The translations under genes were made by a program, and so were the position numbers. Shown here piece after piece: positions 37,501 to 49,811 of a stretch of DNA of 57,924 bases; positions within the stretch are counted from its first letter, which is position 1, and each line of letters starts with the position of its first letter. The DNA is from Reclinomonas americana ATCC 50394 (taxonomy: Eukaryota). The stretch is taken from the NCBI GenBank assembly GCA_048213135.1, contig PS015213.1, forward strand, positions 95,375 to 153,298, written 5' to 3'. The notes under the pieces are model-generated. The model had not been told where the DNA came from. It saw only the letters and a program-made list of their open reading frames with translations, and ran no database searches.

Positions 37501-40500
37501 CACCAATCTCGAACGACTGTTCTTGCGCGCTGACTCCATCCTCTCTATCTCTCTCTGTCTCTCTCTTCCAGGCATCGGTTACGGCCCACTGAGCATCTGC
37601 ATCGCCGGCGGTGTTGGTGGACGGTGTCGCTACGTGTGTGGTGGCGCCGCCTTCGAGTCGTTGGCGAACGCCATGCAGGAGTGCGGCTCAAGCGACATTG
37701 TGCTGTGTCACACGACCGCCGCAATGCTCCGGTCGGCGACCAACAATTGCAAGTTGCGTACCACATTTTTTACCACCACGTACACACACAGCAAGTGGGG
37801 AGCGCGATTCACAAATACTCACGTGCTCCGTGGTACAGAGAGCTGGCGGCCTGCTTCGGGTTGGGTGACATGACCGAGTGTCCGCTCCCGGAGCCGAAAC
37901 AGTCGGCGTGGCGCCTGCACGTGCAAGCCGTCGCCGATCTCGGAGCCTCATTGGCGCTCAGTGCGCACACCGAGACCATGCTGCCGATTGAGGTCTTCCC
38001 ACCGGAAGCGTGGAGTTGCATGGCATCGCTGGTGCCCAAGTACGTCACCGATATGATGCTGCGAAGTGGCACAATTCTGCCAGAGCTGCGCAACGTGTCG
38101 GTGGTCTTCATCTCGTACACCAACGATCCCACCACCATGGAGATGATGCGAAGTGGATCCTCCAAGATTCACTGGGCCGTCAGCAAGACGCAGCAGGTGG
38201 CGCAATCACTGGACGGTGTCCTCACCAACGTGTTTGCGGACGAGAAGGGCGTCGGCGCACTGCTTGTCTTTGGCCTCAGTCCCAAGTCATGCGACAGTTG
38301 CGTACCGGCATGATCTCGTCGGAAGCGTACAGTCGGTCCTCATGCATGTGCGTACGAAACAAACAACAGGTTTCCAGCAGCGTGCCGTGTACGCCGCGGC
38401 GCAGTTGGCCGACATGTTCTGCAAGCAATCAATGCCATCTTCGCTCGGTGTCTGGTGCGGGCTTGTCGCGTGACACCTCCTTGCCTGCATCCACTGTGCT
38501 AGTCATTCACGTACTTTTTCATTCTTTTTTCCTCCAGTGTGGGTGTTGCGTACACTGGTCGCGTCGGTGTCGAGGTTCTGCGCCAAGACTTCACGTTGTT
38601 GGGCGATGTGGTCAACACTGCCGCGCGTCTCATGGCGAAAATGCGCTACCTGTGGCCCACTGTTGAACATGGTACATCACTGAAGCAAGAGAGAAAGAGA
38701 CCGTCCCTCTCTTGCACGTATTGTGAGACTCACTGTCATACACACACAACAGGAGGGCGACTCTCCGTGCTACCGGTGCTGTGCGACCAAGCCAGCAGTG
38801 CGAGCTGCTTCCTGGAGCCCACCATTGCCAACTCTCAGTACACACTCTCCGACACACCGACGGTGGTGACACTTAAAGGTCTTTTGCGCTGCCCCTCGTC
38901 CCTCGAATCTCGTCGCATGGTGTGCCTCTGACCTTGCCGTGATCGGCAATCTCTGCAGGCAAGGAGACGCCAGTGAGCTGTCATCAAGTCGTCAAGTACC
39001 GTGAGCCGGCCTGGCGTCAACTCAACTGCGACATGGAGGCCGACGACGGTCAATCGTCGGTGTACGGTACGTAACATATTTGAATCGCACGCACACTGTG
39101 TGGGAGCGGTTGGTTATTCACCGCATCGGCACCCATGTTGTGCAGTTGGTCGCGAGGAAATCCGCCAAGCCATCGACGACGCCGTGGCCTCGATCAAGGA
39201 GATTGCCGCCAATCCCTCGCACTTGCAGTCCAATGGTGCTGGCGACTCCAGTCAGCCCTACAGTCCAGCCACCACCAATTCCTCGCGCAGTCCGTCGGCC
39301 ACACGCAGACGCCCATCCGTGTTTGCCGTATCAATGGTTCGTTCACGCCATGGGTGGAATGCAGTGGACAGATTGTGTCGCTGACTTGGTGAATGGTGCG
39401 CGCACAGCCGACGGAGGAACCAGAGGGAGAAAAGAGTGATGCACAGGAACTGACGGCTCCGACGCCGTCTGGGTTGCGGCGTCTGTCGACTGATGTGAGT
39501 GATTTCGGCGCCATGCGGCCCGAGACACCCGTGTCACCTGGCGCGTCACCCGCTGTATCGCCGGTGAGTCCACTCGAGACAACGATAAAGAGGCAGAATG
39601 CGTCAACGTGCAACTCACTGCTTAGGTGCCCACACAGCAACCGATGCCCCAGACACCTGTCAGAAGGCAGTCGATTTTCCAACGCGAATCGCCCATGGAG
39701 ACGGTGAGGAAAAACTGCCTTCTTTCTGGGGAGTGCGATTAAGAAAAGCTCACGCGCACAATTTTGGCAACTCCAGATTCCGGGAAGAATGCTTGTGTTG
39801 GCGGGTCCAATGGGCAGCGGCCTGCAAACGACCATGCGCCGAATTCTGTCCGCAAAAGCGCGTCGTCGCCGGCGTTCTCCAGACGTGGTATGTGTTGTTG
39901 ACATGCAACTGCATTGTGTGCCTCTATTATCACTGCTGACGCCCATCGTCGCCGCCATCACGCACACAGTGCCCACTGGTGGTGTGCAACGGCAGTCTCA
40001 TTGGTGCTGGAGAGGCATTCTCGGCGTGGAAGCGCGGATTCTGGGAACTGCTCAACGCCCGTCCCAAGAGCCAGTTGCGTACACGCCAAAAGTCATGGAC
40101 TCTTCCCAGTCTCCATGTGGTCATTTTCCTTACCTGGGTCAAATATCGACAGATCGCGCGGCCGCTCGTCGGGCTCTGCCCCAGGCGCAGAGGCTGCACT
40201 GGTCCAAAAGGTGCTGCGCAATCTCAACCTGAAGGCCTGGGCCGCCCTCCTCAACCCACTGTTGGAGCTCAACTTTACCGACCCGCTGCCGGACAATCAA
40301 ATGCTGGACGTCAAGCGCTTCGAGCTGTGTGTCATCCTCATGGACGAGTTGGCAAAGCGATTATGGGGTGCGTGACTTGTGCACACGAGGCTCGATGCTT
40401 TTGTGCATACTGACGTGCAGGCAACGCAGGCATTCAACCTGGCTACGTGCTGCTGTCGGTGGAAAACGCGCACAATTTGGACGAGGCCTCTCGCACACTT

Positions 40501-43500
40501 CTGCAGCACTTTGTCTCCTTTAGCTACGCTCGCGCGCGAGTGGCCAAGTTCCCGCCGCGTATGCGACGACTCCCGTTCTTGGTGCTAGGCACCGTGCGCG
40601 TTCCGTACGCCGTTCCCATGCGCGCCGAGGACCTCAATATGGAAGTGCGCCGCATGCTGGACCTCCCACCGCGTGCGGCAGCCGGCATTAAGTTGACGGT
40701 TTGTGTCTGTTGCGGCAAAAGAGTTGCCGTTCATCCTGTTTTCTCATCTCCTCAAATAACAAACTGCAGGCCGTCCACCTGTCGGCAATGAGCGAGGCCA
40801 ACGTGCGGCAGTTCCTCCTCGAGTTCTTCGTCGCCAGCGAGGTGTCATATGAGGTCAGTCACTATTTGCTCACGCACTGTGAGAGTTTAAGTTGGAGGTC
40901 ACTTGTTGACACATGCATGTACATGCGCAGGTGTTTGCTGAGATTTGGCGCCATTCGCTGGGATGGCCGGGACGCATGATGCAGCTGGCCTCTGTTCTAC
41001 GCGACGAGAAAATCGTAGTTGTCGAGAACGATGTTATCAAGGTGGGGAGAGAGAGAGAGAGATTTTGTGGTTCGCTGAGCGACAACACTCACCTCACCAC
41101 TCCACAGTACTCGCGACGCGATTTTCGCACACTGGCCAGCATTTCCGAGCGCATCTCCAGCGCCGTGGAGGACACTCTGCTGGAGTTGCCGGCGATTGAA
41201 CAGGACGTGTTGCGGCTCGGTAAGTTTGCAGCAGCACACAGAGGATAATGCGCACGCATAGTACTCACTCTGTGTGTCTGGGGATAGCCACGGTGTTCGA
41301 CGAGCACATTCCGGCGGCCGTACTGCACGAGATTGTAGTGGCCATGGTACCACGCGCTGACATCTCCGTGCTCGACGTGTACGCCATTCTTGACCGCGCT
41401 CTTGGCCTCAACATCCTCGTGCGCTACTCGTCCACAACAACAGCGGCAACTGTCGAGGAGACCGAAGACTCGTTGTTGCATTTGTCTCTCCCGACTGGCG
41501 TCAGCTTGCCTGTGAGAGCACTGGAGACTCCGAGCATCCACGCAGCCTTCCAGCACCGCCGAGCACAACTGCAGCGAGCCGGACTGCACCGTGCACCCGA
41601 GGTCTGTGTCGAGTCTGTCAGTGATGTGTGGTGTTGCGGTGCCACAACTGACTGTATTGGTGTGCAGGTCGAGTATTCGTTCCGTTTCCGCAACACGACC
41701 ACGGCCTGGGCCTTGTATCACCAGATCTTGCCATCTCACCGAGGCCAATGTCACCGCCTGTTGTACGAGTACTACATCGGCAAACTGCCCGTTTCGTCGC
41801 ACCACTGCCTGCTCGTGTGTTTGTGTGCGTCTCTTAATTAGGTCTTGTGGTGCACAGTTTGTGCCAACATCATGGTTCGACCGCTACGACCCCAAGTACG
41901 ACAATGTCGTGGCGCGTCTGGCACACCACTCGCTGCAGGGCTTGTCGGATGTGGTGACTTCGTACCTGTACACTGCCGGTCGCGCGGCCACGCCACTGGC
42001 CAAGAGTTGCGCCGTACTAATAGCCAAAATTAAGTTGTGGAAAAACGTTCTTCTCACGTGTGTTGTGGAGCAGATGCCGACCGCCTGACGCAGCTTGTCG
42101 AAGGCCTCATGTTTGTCTACCAGTACGCATGCACGCTGGCGGCAACCTCCAAGCACCGCATGGCCGTGTCTGTGTTGCGACGAGGACTCCACCTGATGGA
42201 GAACTTTGGAGGCGAAGGTTTTTGACGACGCATCACGCACGATGCGGTTGTTGTTTTGTGCGCTCACCACCCCTGTCGTCGCAGTCGCATGCCCCGCCAT
42301 GCTCGAGTACCGTTTCCACTTCCTCAAGCTCTGCTCCTTCTCTATGGTGCAACTGGCCGACAGTGAGGTCGAGACGCGCACACAGCTCAACAGTGCCATT
42401 GACATGCTGGAGACCAACCGCGAGGTACAATGTCCTTGACTTGCTTACATCGGCCTTTTTCGGCTTTTTCCTGATGGTGTATCGTTTCTGCAGCTCGGCG
42501 GAGACTTGTACCACGATCTGCTGTTCGACTTGCTGTGCACGCTCATGGAGTTGGAGATGCAGACCGAGTCGGGGGAGCGCAAGATTGCCGAGTGCGATGC
42601 GCTCTGGGAGCGCATTGTCGAACTGCAGCCACAGCTTCGCGACGAGTTCCGCCGCGTCGACTACTGCCGGTGAGATCGACTTTGTGTCCGTCTGTGTCGC
42701 TTGTGTGTGTGTGGACATAATGCTCACCTCATGTGTGCGCACAGCATGAATATTGTGTACATGTCGATGAAGGGCGACCCGCTGCCGGCAGTCAAGGCCT
42801 TTGAGGACTTTGAGCACATGTTCGATCAGCGCAAGCACTGCAACACCATGCGTCACTACCCGCGATGTACCGACCTCGGCGTCACCACCTATGTCGTCAT
42901 GGCGAAGATGTACGCACATCTCGGCAAGTACACCGAGGCCGACCGCTGTTTCCGTGTCAGGTGCGTTGCCGTGGCTGTTGATTTGCTCCTCTATGTACTG
43001 AGCTCCTCATCGCGTGCTATGCATTGCAGCTGGTCCTTAGCCGACGCCTCTGCGCATGCCGAGAGCCGCGTGCTGTTCTTCGGCTACAGTGGCTACGTGC
43101 TTTCGTTCTTGGCCGACTGGTCTCTGCTGCGCCGCCTCAGTGTCGACGGTTTCCGCTACGCCAAGTTCCACGACAAGATCGCCTACCGCAAACTGTGTCT
43201 GTATCACTACCATTTGTGCGAGTACTACCGTCTGCGCAGCTGCGGCGAGGATGATCGCGAGGACGACAGCGGTGTGCCGCGACCGCCTTCTGCGGTCTCG
43301 GCGGTCGGTTCGACGACTGCCGACGAGATGCTCGAACAGTTTGCCGAAGAGGAGCTGGCCCTGTGTCGCGATGTCAACGAGGTGTTCTTGCACTTGCTCA
43401 GCGACATGGAGGCGCTGCGGAGACAGTCCATGGGACCGTGGGTGGCTGTCACTCTGTCGGATGTGCTCGTGCGTGAGGCGCGCCTGGCCACCGCCATCAG

Positions 43501-44102
43501 CGTGCTGTCCTCGCAGCTGGCGCTCTTGCGGCGTGCCAACGACCACCAGATGCCGTGGATCATGCTCATTCGCCGCATGGGTCGAGCCATGTGCCGCCGA
43601 CTGACGCGCTCAGTGGATCCGTCGTATTTGGGCGACGGCGACTGGCGTGAGTTCCCCTTCACCGACCAAGAATGGGAGCGAGCCTACACAGCGCTGGTGG
43701 AGGGCGTCAACCGATGCGGTTCGGAGCGCGAGCTCGGCAGCGAATGGATTCGCGTCTGCGTCTGCCTCTCGCTGTGGTGGTGCGCCTTCCAGTTCCGCTG
43801 TGAGCAGGCCGAGCGCAAGGTACGCACACAAAGAGACAGTGCCACCACAGTTATTCTCGCTCGCTTGCGTGTTGACTAAACAGAAACCACCACTGCAGGG
43901 CAAGAAGGAGGAGATCTTGGCGCTCGTCGAAGTCGACGACAAGCTGATGGAGCGCGTGTGGAAGCGCCAGACGCCAGAGATCTGCGACATGCTGCAGGAG
44001 CTGCGCGAGGACCCATGGAGGCCGGGAATGGACAGCGTCAAGCGCAATGCCAAGTGGATGGCGCTGCTCACGGCCATTGAGAAACGCCTCGGTCCGGTGT
44101 GA
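33768..44102 (+). CDS. Soluble adenylyl cyclase (ADCY10/Dictyostelium sGC)-like protein: long disordered N-terminus, tandem class III cyclase domains, STAND-like NTPase region, helical C-terminus
   Basis: C1: VMLLDISGFTALAE..GMEQLVVIINEYF..GGDVLYFVGDA..IHMGIGYG. C2: PELRNVSVVF..VFADEKG..LLVFGL..GRVG..RQDFTLLGDVVNTAARLM..TLKGK. These are followed by VGREE, LAGPMGSG and LSVENAHNLDEAS. TGA at 44100-44102. Confidence 0.88.
36250..36485 (+). repeat. Degenerate coding tandem repeat, about 5 units of roughly 40-55 nt, encoding EEGRARRPSFAxG
   Basis: The DNA core cgaccgtcgttYgc recurs near 36269, 36324 and 36375, with degenerate copies near 36428 and 36465. The peptide repeat is visible in ORF 36116..36958. 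Confidence 0.8.
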
Positions 44103-44279
44103 TCGAGCGACACACAACAACAACAACAACAACTACCAATCTTTCGCCACGACCATCGTCGTGTGCCACACAACAACCACACACACAATTACCACACCGC
44201 CACTCTCTGGATGGAATAATAAACCAAACAACAATCAAGAAACATGCACAACACGCAGCACAAGCAGTACCTTTCTTGT

Positions 44280-45117
44280 TTACTTGTTGGCACCTTCCGT
44301 GGTGGACGCAGGCGGAGAAGTGGTGTCCGACGGAGGTGATCCCTGACGATTCTTGACGCTGAACAACAACTCGTCGAGCTTCTCACGATTCACACGCGAC
44401 TGCTGCTGCCCGTGCACCGTTTGCGTTCTCCGCAGCTCCTGCAACACGNNNNNNNNNNNNNNNNNNNNNNNNNNNNNNNNNNNNNNNNNNNNNNNNNNNN
44501 NNNNNNNNNNNNNNNNNNNNNNNNNNNNNNNNNNNNNNNNNNNNNNNNNNNNNNNNNNNNNNNNNNNNNNNNNNNNNNNNNNNNNNNNNNNNNNNNNNNN
44601 NNNNNNNNNNNNNNNNNNNNNNNNNNNNNNNNNNNNNNNNNNNNNNNNNNNNNNNNNNNNNNNNNNNNNNNNNNNNNNNNNNNNNNNNNNNNNNNNNNNN
44701 NNNNNNNNNNNNNNNNNNNNNNNNNNNNNNNNNNNNNNNNNNNNNNNNNNNNNNNNNNNNNNNNNNNNNNNNNNNNNNNNNNNNNNNNNNNNNNNNNNNN
44801 NNNNNNNNNNNNNNNNNNNNNNNNNNNNNNNNNNNNNNNNNNNNNNNNNNNNNNNNNNNNNNNNNNNNNNNNNNNNNNNNNNNNNNNNNNNNNNNNNNNN
44901 NNNNNNNNNNNNNNNNNNNNNNNNNNNNNNNNNNNNNNNNNNNNCACGCACACACAATCAATCACAATGCACATGTGCGCGTAGTGAGGCAGCAAAGGGA
45001 CGCACCTCGGGTGTCGGACCCTTCAGTGAGGTCATCAACCCTGTGCATGTATGAGCAGAAGAGAGAGAGAGAAGAAGAAGGGGGAGAGTGTGGTGTCGGG
45101 CACCTCACACCCACCAT
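44280..45117 (-). CDS. Small hypothetical protein, middle hidden in a gap
   Basis: ATG GTG G|intron|GG TTG... gives MVGLMTSLKGPTPE followed by a GTGCGT donor. After the gap the frame reads VLQELRRTQ...EKLDELLFSVKNRQ...ANK-stop. Confidence 0.45.
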
Positions 45118-45338
45118 AGCCAATGGCGATCGGAGTGAAAAAGTAAAAGAGGCCGACGCCGATCTTGCCGCTGCGTGTGCGCACAGTGAAGCGACCCATG
45201 AGCGTTGGCGGCGATAGCTCCGTGCACCACACGATCGATTCCACGCGGAGATTGAGAGTGGGACAACTTTGTGATAACCATTCGCTTTTACTCTCACATC
45301 GCTTATTGGCATTCCCTGTGTATGCCGTGGTGTGCCAT

Positions 45339-46923
45339 TCAATCATCTTCACCGGGTCGGCACACCAGCACCTGCGCGCACGTTCGTGCAAAGTGTGAAT
45401 TTCCCAGCATGTACGTCGACGCATTCCAGAAGATCGCCGACTCACCGAGCATGGTGCATGGCTGCTCACCACATACAGATATGAACCAATACGCGCATCA
45501 GCAACAAGAGAACAACGGACGTCGACGTCGACCACACTTCGAACAACGCAACTGCACAACGTACTCGGAAACGCTGCCGATCAAAGCTCGCTGGGAGACA
45601 ATGAGCAGCAGAAGAGGGATGCACAAAGGAACCCCCGAGTGCCTACCTTTATTGCGCCCATTCCGCGCGATCCAATGACTGCAGAAGAGAATGAGGAAAA
45701 AAAAGATGCTGCGGAAAGATGCGACGGGCGACGACGTAACTGATCATGTCGACGCGCTCGGCAGTCGCCAGCTCCACCAGTCCCTCTCGTGCCTTGACNN
45801 NNNNNNNNNNNNNNNNNNNNNNNNNNNNNNNNNNNNNNNNNNNNNNNNNNNNNNNNNNNNNNNNNNNNNNNNNNNNNNNNNNNNNNNNNNNNNNNNNNNN
45901 NNNNNNNNNNNNNNNNNNNNNNNNNNNNNNNNNNNNNNNNNNNNNNNNNNNNNNNNNNNNNNNNNNNNNNNNNNNNNNNNNNNNNNNNNNNNNNNNNNNN
46001 NNNNNNNNNNNNNNNNNNNNNNNNNNNNNNNNNNNNNNNNNNNNNNNNNNNNNNNNNNNNNNNNNNNNNNNNNNNNNNNNNNNNNNNNNNNNNNNNNNNN
46101 NNNNNNNNNNNNNNNNNNNNNNNNNNNNNNNNNNNNNNNNNNNNNNNNNNNNNNNNNNNNNNNNNNNNNNNNNNNNNNNNNNNNNNNNNNNNNNNNNNNN
46201 NNNNNNNNNNNNNNNNNNNNNNNNNNNNNNNNNNNNNNNNNNNNNNNNNNNNNNNNNNNNNNNNNNNNNNNNNNNNNNNNNNNNNNNNNNNNNNNNNNNN
46301 NNNNNNNNNNNNNNNNNNNNNNNNNNNNNNNNNNNNNNNNNNNNNNNNNNNNNNNNNNNNNNNNNNNNNNNNNNNNNNNNNNNNNNNNNNNNNNNNNNNN
46401 NNNNNNNNNNNNNNNNNNNNNNNNNNNNNNNNNNNNNNNNNNNNNNNNNNNNNNNNNNNNNNNNNNNNNNNNNNNNNNNNNNNNNNNNNNNNNNNNNNNN
46501 NNNNNNNNNNNNNNNNNNNNNNNNNNNNNNNNNNNNNNNNNNNNNNNNNNNNNNNNNNNNNNNNNNAAGCAACAGTCACGCACTCGTCGACAACACACAC
46601 ACACACACCACGCAGACAGAGAGAGAGAGACCTTTGCGGGATGCACTCTTTGCGTGACATCGATGCTGCCGTGATGCACGCCCAGCAGACCCTCGACTTG
46701 TGCCCACGCCACTGAGAGTGCCTCGGTGACCTTGGGGTGTGTTGGTGGCTTCTTGCCCGCACACATGGCCAGAATGATCTCGTCACTGCGTGTGTGTGTG
46801 TGTGAGCGGAACAACAGAAACACTCACTGCGCACACGGACCCTGGTGCGGCCAGTTGCGCGGCCTTGACAGCTGCGCGGAGACAGCCATCGCTGCCGTCG
46901 ACTGCCACCAACATGCGCGTCAT
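45339..46923 (-). CDS. Universal stress protein (USP/UspA domain)
   Basis: MTRMLVAVDGSDGCLRAAVKAAQLAAPGDEIIL... and, after the gap, [38 protein letters not shown], the USP G-x2-G-x9-G(S/T) motif. Introns include 45679-45740, 45462-45552 and 45372-45445. Confidence 0.92.
45462..45552 (-). other. Representative minus-strand intron with shifted donor (A|GTTGCGT...CAG)
   Basis: Removing this interval restores the USP motif [12 protein letters not shown] (CA|C). Confidence 0.88.
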
Positions 46924-47285
46924 GTTTGANNNNNNNNNNNNNNNNNNNNNNNNNNNNNNNNNNNNNNNNNNNNNNNNNNNNNNNNNNNNNNNNNNNNNNN
47001 NNNNNNNNNNNNNNNNNNNNNNNNNNNNNNNNNNNNNNNNNNNNNNNNNNNNNNNNNNNNNNNNNNNNNNNNNNNNNNNNNNNNNNNNNNNNNNNNNNNN
47101 NNNNNNNNNNNNNNNNNNNNNNNNNNNNNNNNNNNNNNNNNNNNNNNNNNNNNNNNNNNNNNNNNNNNNNNNNNNNNNNNNNNNNNNNNNNNNNNNNNNN
47201 NNNNNNNNNNNNNNNNNNNNNNNNNNNNNNNNCAAAAAGAAGAGGAGAATAGCGACAGGACACTCTCACTTTATTGCCACGAGCG

Positions 47286-49773
47286 ATGAGGTTTGTCGAC
47301 TTGCCTCTGCCTGCAGTTGCGTTGCCGCTCTTCCCGCACCTCATCTCTCTCCTGCCTCTCACTGCACTGTTCGCGGTGTTGCAGGAGGTGTGGCACAGTT
47401 TCGTTCTCCGCTCATCGCCCTCTGCTCTCTCTTCCCCCAGTCTCACTGCGAACGTGCACAGATGTGTTCTCGTTTCTGACATCCGCAGATGTGCGATCAG
47501 TGGCCACCGTCGGTGTCGGTGTTGCGCCGCTGTTTGGTACGCGCGAGAGTGAGTTGTCAGTTCATACATGACTGTCTCTCTGTGTAATCCACACTCCACG
47601 TAGTGTGCGGCCTGCACGAGGTGACAATGGCGTTGCGTGCTGGCACGTACCAACAGCTGCATCGGCTTCTTCGCGAGGAGGAGGCCGTGCGCATGTGGCA
47701 TCGCTTCCGGCTGGAGGTGACTGCGCCGGTCAAGGAGAGTCGTCGTGCAGCGTCGTGGTTCGTGCCGGCGTTGCTGTCGCGTGCACCGCAGTTGCAGTCG
47801 CTGGAGATCGATGCGAGTTGCGTTGTTGTTGTCGGGCGACGTGACTTGGTGTCGATGGCCGATCGATACGCAACAGTTGTTCCGCCGGGTGTCGGTTCGC
47901 CGGAGATGCGTGACGCACAGCACTGGTGGCTAGGCTGTGCTGGTGGCCCGGGTGTGGATGGTGGCGATGCAGATGCAGATGACGACGATCTGCTGCTACA
48001 ACTGGGGGACTTTGATGCCGACGACGAGGATTTTCGCCAGCAAGATGACGACTTTGATGACGACGACGACGACGACGACGATGACTACGAGACTGCAGGC
48101 GGTGGTGCTATGCTCGCGGTGCGCATGTGGGAGGCGTCGCAAGCACGACGAGCTGCGCGGCATGGCGGTGGTAGTGGCGGCGGTGGAGTTGAGCGTACGC
48201 TAACCACGGCGCAGCGGTGGTGGGCGAGTGCACTGGAGGCGGTGTCGGGCGCCACTGCCCTCCGATCGCTGTGCATCCGCTTTGAGCGACCTCCAGTGTC
48301 GGTACTGCATGCTGCCACGTGTAGTCCGCTGCCCTCTCGCGCCCTGCTGTGTCAGCTGCGCATGCTGACCATTGGCGGCGTGGTTCTGTCGCTTGGTTGC
48401 GTTGGGAAAAAGTGTGTGTTGGGAGCATTTTATGTGGCTACGCTATTCATCCGCAGTGTTTTGCAGACGATCATGTGGCCCTCATGCAAATCGTGTGCAC
48501 GGATCCCGCATGCACGACGCAGCACCTCACGCTGTCGGGTGCGCTGTGTCTTTGGCGGTTTCTTCGCGTTGTGCCACAAAAATACTGAAAAATGAGAGAC
48601 CTCGCCACAGGCACTCTGCCGCTGGCCCGCGCAACCGACATTCAGCGCACAGTAGAGGCGCTGGCAGAGCAGCTGGGCATGTCGGCGAGTCGCGCTCTGC
48701 CACTACTGACGTTTGAGTTTGCCGACAATCAGCTCGATCCACGGGAGCTGCAACCGTTGCTGGCAGTGGTTCGCGAACACCGCAAGCTGGTGCACTTTGG
48801 TGTCGGCGGCCACCGCCTGTTGGGGTCGACGGAGGGCGTGCAGCTGGTGGCCAACGAACTGATTCGGCGAACGTCCTCGTTGCGCTCGCTGTCGGTGGCC
48901 GGCGCTCCGGGAACGCTGGTTTCGCTGGACCCCATTTTCGATGCCATCAGCTCCGACGGGGTGTGTCGACTCACCTCGTTGGACTTGTCGCGCGTGTGGA
49001 GTTGCGCAACGCGCACGCCAGAGAACGCCACAAACGCACCCACTCTGTCCTGACATCTGAGATACAGCACTCGACAATATGAATGTGGCCGAGCCGGATC
49101 CTGACGCCATGTCGGTGGCTTGGGCGGCGCTGCGCGAATCGCCGCTGGTCACACTCAAGTTGAATGGTGCGTGCATGAGGCGCGTGTTGGCGGCCTTTCC
49201 GCCTTTCTCATTCTCGCGACACAGAGAACTGGCTCCACGAGGACGATCTGGAGATGCTGGGCACGGCGGTGGTGTGGAGCAGCAGTCTGGAGGTGCTGGA
49301 GATCAGCGGCATGATCCTGGATCCGGACTCGATTGCAGGTATCCTCATCCCAGTTATCCGCGTGTTGAAGGGTGTGGCTCAAGCCGGGGGTACGCAGCGT
49401 TCGACAACCTCGTGCGACTGCTGGTGAATGACAGCGCGCTAAAGACACTCATCGCTCGTGGCAACGATCTGAGTGGTGCTGGCCTCGTCTCGGCGCTGCG
49501 TCACAATGAGACACTCCAGCATTTGGATGTGCAAAGTTACCACGCTTCTCTTTTTTATGACTGCGTGCGCTGGACTCACACACGGCCTGTTCTGCAGACA
49601 ATGCCGTAAGTGCAACCACCGTCCAGCGTCTCACCGACTCACTGCTGCTCAATGGCGGTCACGTGCTGCGATTTCTTGATCTGCGCTACAACGACGTGAG
49701 CCGCGATGCGGAGACGTGTGCATATACCGCGAGCACTCTCGTTGCTGCCGGCGTCTTCGACATCCGGCTTTGA
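47286..49773 (+). CDS. F-box / RNI-like leucine-rich repeat protein
   Basis: Exons 47286-47315, 47385-47397 and 47462 onward give LPAEVWHNVFSFLTSADVRSVATV (F-box). LRRs include LQSLEI, LRSLSV, LTSLDLS, LVTLKLN, LKTLIARGNDL, NETLQHLDVQNN and LRFLDLRYNDV. TGA at 49771-49773. Confidence 0.8.
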
Positions 49774-49811
49774 AGTCCGCGGGATACATGGGCTACTGGT
49801 ACATTTATTAC

